From contig CBDBOV010000003.1 in NCBI GenBank assembly GCA_965208575.1, forward strand, positions 352,001 through 416,000: a stretch of DNA of 64,000 nucleotides. The letters run 5' to 3'. The notes beneath the pieces were generated by a model. The model was not told where the DNA came from. It saw only the letters and a program-made list of their open reading frames with translations, and did no database searches. The translations under genes and the position numbers were made by a program. Shown here one piece after another: positions 62,171 through 64,000 of the stretch (its first letter is position 1; each line of letters opens with the position of its first letter). The DNA is from Spirochaetia bacterium (GTDB lineage Bacteria > Spirochaetota > Spirochaetia > SZUA-6 > Bin103).

Positions 62171-63469
62171 ATGATGAACGCCATGTCAGCTAGGCGCACC
62201 GAGCGGGCCTGGGTACTGTACGACGTGGCGAACTCGGCGTACGCGCTGATGGTGACCACCGCCATCTTCCCGCTGTTCTACAAGAACGTGATCGCGGCCG
62301 GCGTACCGGGCGCGGTTTCGACGGCCCGCCTGGCGTTCGCGAGCAGTGCGTTCACGCTGGTGGTCGCCGTCCTGGCCACCGCGCTCGGTCCGATGGCCGA
62401 CTACGAGGGGCGCAAGAAGCGATTCTTTGCCGGCTTCTTCGGGCTTGGCGTGGCCGCCACCGCGGTGCTGGCGTTCGTGCCCGCCGGGCGGGAGGTCGCG
62501 GTACTGGCCGTGTACGGGTTGTCCGCGATCGGATTCGCGGCCGCCAACGTGTTCTACGACTCGTTCCTGACCGACGTGACCACCCCGGAACGCATGGACC
62601 GCGTGTCGTCGGCCGGCTATGCCTGGGGCTACGTCGGCTCGACGGTGCCGTTCGTGGCGGCGATGGCGCTGATCAACCTCGCGCCGGGCGCCGGGCTGCT
62701 GTCCACCGAGGCGACGGTGCGCATCGCCATTCTCGTTGCAGCCGGCTGGTGGGTGGCGTTCACGGTACCGCTGTTCCGCTCGGTGCGCCAGGTGCACTTC
62801 GTGGCGGCGGCGGGGCCGGCGCTGCGCGACCTGGCGCGCGACAGCGTGCGGCGGGTGGCGGCGGTGGTGCGCGACGTGCGCGGCCACCGGGCGGTGTTCC
62901 TGTTCCTGGGCGCCTACTTCTTCTACATCGACGGCGTCGGCACCGTGATCAAGCTGGCCACCGCCTACGGCACCGACCTGGGTCTGTCCGCGCAGACGTT
63001 GCTGATGATGCTGCTGGTGGTGCAGTTGGTGGCGTTTCCGTGCGCGTTGATCTACGGACGGTTGGCGGAGGGGCGGCCGGGGGCGACCCGGACCCTGCTC
63101 CTGGTGGGAATCGGCATCTACACCGTGATTACGGTGATGGCGTTCGTTATCTGGCGGCTGCCGGAGCCGGCGCGGGTGCCGGTGTTCTGGCTGCTGTCGA
63201 TGCTGGTGGCCAGCTCCCAGGGCGGCATCCAGGCGCTGTCGCGGTCGTTCTACGCGGGATTGATACCAGCGAACTCGTCGGCCGAGTTCTTCGGCTTCTA
63301 CAACATCTTCGGCAAGTTCGCGGCCATCATGGGACCGGCCCTGGTGGGTGCGTTCGCGGCGCTGACCGGCGACTCCAGCATCGGCGTGCTGAGCATCTCG
63401 GTGCTGTTCGTGGTGGGCGGCATCCTGTTGACCCGGGTACCGGACCAGGCGCCGCGCGGGGTGCGCTGA
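62171..63469 (+). CDS. MFS transporter (ATG22/YxiO-like)
   Basis: WVLYDVANSAY, ANVFYDSFL, YFFYIDGVGT, QALSRS, EFFGFY. Confidence 0.9.
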   Translation: MMNAMSARRTERAWVLYDVANSAYALMVTTAIFPLFYKNVIAAGVPGAVSTARLAFASSAFTLVVAVLATALGPMADYEGRKKRFFAGFFGLGVAATAVLAFVPAGREVAVLAVYGLSAIGFAAANVFYDSFLTDVTTPERMDRVSSAGYAWGYVGSTVPFVAAMALINLAPGAGLLSTEATVRIAILVAAGWWVAFTVPLFRSVRQVHFVAAAGPALRDLARDSVRRVAAVVRDVRGHRAVFLFLGAYFFYIDGVGTVIKLATAYGTDLGLSAQTLLMMLLVVQLVAFPCALIYGRLAEGRPGATRTLLLVGIGIYTVITVMAFVIWRLPEPARVPVFWLLSMLVASSQGGIQALSRSFYAGLIPANSSAEFFGFYNIFGKFAAIMGPALVGAFAALTGDSSIGVLSISVLFVVGGILLTRVPDQAPRGVR

Positions 63470-63500
63470 CCGCCGGGCGGCACGACCCGAGCGGGCGGCG

Positions 63501-64000
63501 CTACGGGGCGAAGCGGGCCAGGAGCTGGTCGACGGGCAGCCGGTCGGTGTGCTCGGGAGCGTCCCACAGGCGGCGCACGGCGGCGGCCCGCGGCGCCGGC
63601 AACCGAGCGGCGCTGTGCGCGAACTTGGCGGCCAGGTGCGGCTCCGCCTCGGCGCGGCGGCGCGGGTGGCCGAGCGGGTATTCCACCGCCACCGGGTTGG
63701 TCGACGTGCCGTCCCGGAAGCGCACCTGGACGCGGTTGCCGATGGCCCGCCTGCCGGGGTCGAGATACGCATCGGTGTAGCGCGGATCCTCGTGCACGCT
63801 GGTGCGTTCGCGCAGGAAATCGATGCGCGGATCTGCCGCGGCGGCGTCCCGGTAGTGCTCGCCGCGCAACTCGCCGCACAGCAGCGCCACCGCCACCATG
63901 TACTGCAGGCAGTGGTCGCGGGCGGCGGGCGTGGTGAGCGGACCCTGCTTGTCGATGATGCGCACGGCGGACTCCTGCGTGTGGATCACGATTTCGGCCA
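63501..64000 (-). CDS. prpD: 2-methylcitrate dehydratase, C-terminal part (5' end outside the window)
   Basis: IIDKQGPL, RDHCLQYM, DPRIDFLR, VEYPLGHPRRR. Confidence 0.9.
   Translation of the reverse strand, partial: AEIVIHTQESAVRIIDKQGPLTTPAARDHCLQYMVAVALLCGELRGEHYRDAAAADPRIDFLRERTSVHEDPRYTDAYLDPGRRAIGNRVQVRFRDGTSTNPVAVEYPLGHPRRRAEAEPHLAAKFAHSAARLPAPRAAAVRRLWDAPEHTDRLPVDQLLARFAP

Overview
High-GC bacterial chromosomal segment. An omptin-like gene and an LA_3696/Bdr-like coiled-coil gene hint at Spirochaetota, but this is inference only. It is mostly housekeeping and transport: PotABCD-type and Opp/Dpp-type ABC systems, four MFS transporters, tpx, leuA, trxB, sodA, dus, lipA, cyoE, ctaA, cdd, iscA-like, queG, mnmE, mnmG, amtB, mtnN-like and prpD. 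Mobile DNA is dense: two unrelated IS1634 elements, one IS1380, a 210-bp deleted IS1634 derivative, two 25-bp IS-end footprints, and a 3.8-kb ISNCY/rve-type element with cargo, all with readable flanking duplications. Most notable: (1) a ~1458-aa RelE-like + SF1 helicase + TPR gene, broken by IS1634 and a frameshift (candidate defence protein); (2) an amtB-linked operon with two paralogous membrane sensor modules, one fused via HAMP to an MFS transporter, plus a PP2C/STAS/anti-sigma partner switch; (3) the ISNCY-type element carrying two structured direct repeats that bracket a captured fragment of another transposase; (4) a complete Leu-rich leader-peptide attenuator upstream of leuA. No rRNA, tRNA or CRISPR array was recognised. 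All calls were made by eye, without database searches.
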